DNA of 40,154 nucleotides from a virus (Duplodnaviria; Heunggongvirae; Uroviricota; Caudoviricetes): IMG/VR virus record IMGVR_UViG_2531839523_000012, positions 1 to 40,154 of that record; one strand, 5' to 3'. Shown piece by piece: positions 38,424 to 40,154 of this stretch (position 1 is its first letter; each line of letters starts with the position of its first letter). The notes under the pieces were generated by a model. It saw only the letters and a program-made list of their open reading frames with translations, ran no database searches and was not told where the DNA came from. The position numbers and the translations under genes were made by a program.

Positions 38424-38552
38424 GGGGCAGGATATATTGGAATCATTGAACATCCTGCCCGGCAGGATCAGTGAGCATAAGCTCAACAGTAAAATATTAC
38501 TGTTCATTATCAGAGCCGCCCTTGCATGCGCAAGAGGAAAAACCTGCCCCAT
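38424..38552. promoter_or_regulatory. Palindrome-rich leader upstream of the membrane-protein/RT operon (operator cluster and/or structured RNA)
   Basis: GGCAGGAT at 38426-38433; perfect 17-nt palindrome ATCCTGCC-C-GGCAGGAT at 38452-38468; distal complement CCTGCCCC at 38543-38550; internal hairpins CAGTAA/TTACTG and CTTGC/GCAAG. Confidence 0.4.
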
Positions 38553-38957
38553 CCTTTTGAATTATTACAATTTAATGATCTTAAAGTCAATACAAGCGAA
38601 TGGTGTCCAGAGATGATGAACTTAATGAACAAACCACTCGTCAGCAAACTCCCAAGTATCTTTCAGAGTCTCCTGAACAAAAGCCTTAGCAGAATCCTTA
38701 TCTGCGGTGTACGTAACAGGAAAATCATCGCTATGGTAGCTTTGACGCTCACCCCCATACCATAAAATATCAAGAGATTACGACTCATTTCCCCATGACT
38801 CTTCACCAACCAACAGTTCTATCAACATAAGATGTAAACTCATAAACTAAGCAAGATAAAAAAATTAACAGAATTTTGTTGATTTCATATCTGTGGAGTG
38901 TTAACTTAAAATGAGACCTGAAGTACTGAAGGTCTTTGACACACTGGAGAAGCAACT

Positions 38958-39317
38958 ATGTTAACGCCGTTTGGTAAGACAGTAAGAAAAATGCGCATAG
39001 ACTTGGGGCTTACGCTTAAAAGCATGGCTGAGGCTATGGGCATGACCTCGTCTTATCTTTCAGCGATCGAAACTGGTAAAAGGGCGGTCACTAAGCCCGT
39101 GCTTGATAGCATCATTAGCTATTTTAATGCGGATGAAAAACAAAAAGAAAAGCTTATCAGTGCAGCTCGTGACTCTCAGCAGTCAGTAGAGATCAGCTTG
39201 TCAGGTAAGAATGGCCACGCTCGTGAAGTCGCAATTGCGTTCGCTCGTAGTTTTGATGAATTAAATGAAGAAGACTTCCGTAATTTACGACAGATTTTGA
39301 ATCGAAAACAGCAGTAG
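38958..39317 (+). CDS. XRE-family HTH transcriptional regulator
   Basis: N-terminal HTH (LTLKSMAEAMGMTSSYLSAIETGKR); divergent from the RT operon; directly upstream of a metallopeptidase gene. Confidence 0.7.
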   Translation: MLTPFGKTVRKMRIDLGLTLKSMAEAMGMTSSYLSAIETGKRAVTKPVLDSIISYFNADEKQKEKLISAARDSQQSVEISLSGKNGHAREVAIAFARSFDELNEEDFRNLRQILNRKQQ

Positions 39318-39325
39318 GAGGCGGC

Positions 39326-39847
39326 TTGAGCGGACAAGATTATCGTGTACCTCCGCAGAATCGTGAATCAATACGTTCTATCGTCACATCTCTGCGGAGC
39401 GCATTTGGTATTACTGGGCTTAAATTCCCTGTAATGGAGGTAATTGAGTTCGCATTGCCTCAGTTGATCCCGGATTTTGAGTTCCACATTGGTGGTATGA
39501 AAGAAATGGGAGAAACGCATGGTCTTACGTACCCACAGGAACATTTATTGATTCTGCGCGAAGACATTTACGAAGGCGCTTTGAATGGGGTAGGGCGAGA
39601 TAGGATGACTGCCGCGCATGAATTGGGTCATCTTCTTATGCACAGGAACATCGCATTTGCTCGTTCTGCCCCAGGGGTAAAAATCCGCCCTTTTGAGAGT
39701 AGTGAATGGCAAGCTAAATGTTTTAGTGGTGAGTTATTAGTGCCGGCTATGCATGCCAGTATTTTAAAAGGTATGACGGCTGAGGATGTTGCTAAGGCAT
39801 GCGGAGTTTCATTAGTGGCAGCGCGTTATCAGCTAGACAGAATGTAA
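39326..39847 (+). CDS. ImmA/IrrE-family zinc metallopeptidase
   Basis: HEXXH motif (AAHELGHLLMH) in a ~170-aa protein immediately after an XRE regulator, the classic ImmR/ImmA-type pairing. Confidence 0.7.
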   Translation: MSGQDYRVPPQNRESIRSIVTSLRSAFGITGLKFPVMEVIEFALPQLIPDFEFHIGGMKEMGETHGLTYPQEHLLILREDIYEGALNGVGRDRMTAAHELGHLLMHRNIAFARSAPGVKIRPFESSEWQAKCFSGELLVPAMHASILKGMTAEDVAKACGVSLVAARYQLDRM

Positions 39848-39850
39848 AAA

Positions 39851-39884
39851 CCCCTTGCTTGGCGCCAACCAGTGCAAGGGGCTT
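39851..39884 (+). terminator. Stem-loop downstream of the metallopeptidase gene
   Basis: CCCCTTGC...GCAAGGGG 8-bp stem with a loop containing the palindrome TTGGCGCCAA; only a short T tract follows. Confidence 0.4.
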
Positions 39885-40154
39885 TAGGTGATGAATCCAA
39901 GAGGCATCACCACCGTGAACAGCTTCGATAGACAGCCTGAAATTAACACCTTCAGGGAAGATGTTCAAGGGAAAAATCTCTCTTGGTAAGGAGGTGTTTT
40001 ATGAATGGGTTTGAAATCAATTGCTTCAAAAGCGGCGCCCAAAGGGTTCCGTTGGGTTTTCTGCCGTTACCGCAAGGTGCGTGGGAAATCAAAAAAAGTC
40101 CTTGATGCTCATGATTACGGGTACGAGGCGTGGGCATTTTTAGTGCGCTGCTAA

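Noticed and set aside
38526..38770. 79-aa plus-strand ORF and a protein-like minus-strand frame (...[26 protein letters not shown]) in the RT-operon leader
   Set aside because: The plus ORF has poor composition and no ribosome-binding site; the minus frame has no start codon after its upstream stop, so at most a gene remnant.
40001..40105. 34-codon ORF with a strong AAGGAGG ribosome-binding site at the window edge
   Set aside because: Too short and without context to call; may be a leader peptide or the start of a feature beyond the window.

Overview
The window is almost entirely one lambdoid prophage in prophage gene order: an IS-disrupted left edge, a cI/cro immunity switch, a replication and nin-type region (O-like initiator with internal iterons, Dam-like methylase, a LexA-like remnant, RusA, KilA-N, DUF968, Q antiterminator), an AT-rich moron plus four tandem tRNAs between Q and lysis, an S-R-Rz/Rz1 lysis cassette split by two inserted small genes, a lambda-like cos site, a non-lambda head module (Nu1/TerL/W/portal/protease-capsid fusion) and a lambda-type tail module (Z,U,V,G/T,H,M,L,K,I,J,lom,stf). 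J and lom are frameshifted and a left-end gene is truncated by an IS2-like element, so the prophage looks partly decayed (or the assembly has indel errors). The most interesting region is the AT-rich accessory segment at about 36.4-39.9 kb beyond the tail fibres: a reverse transcriptase co-transcribed with an overlapping small multi-pass membrane protein, preceded by a palindrome-rich leader and flanked divergently by an XRE-HTH regulator and an ImmA/IrrE-type metallopeptidase. I read this as a candidate RT-based anti-phage defence module whose family I cannot resolve from sequence alone. All calls rest on reading the supplied translations and recalled family motifs; no database search was run.
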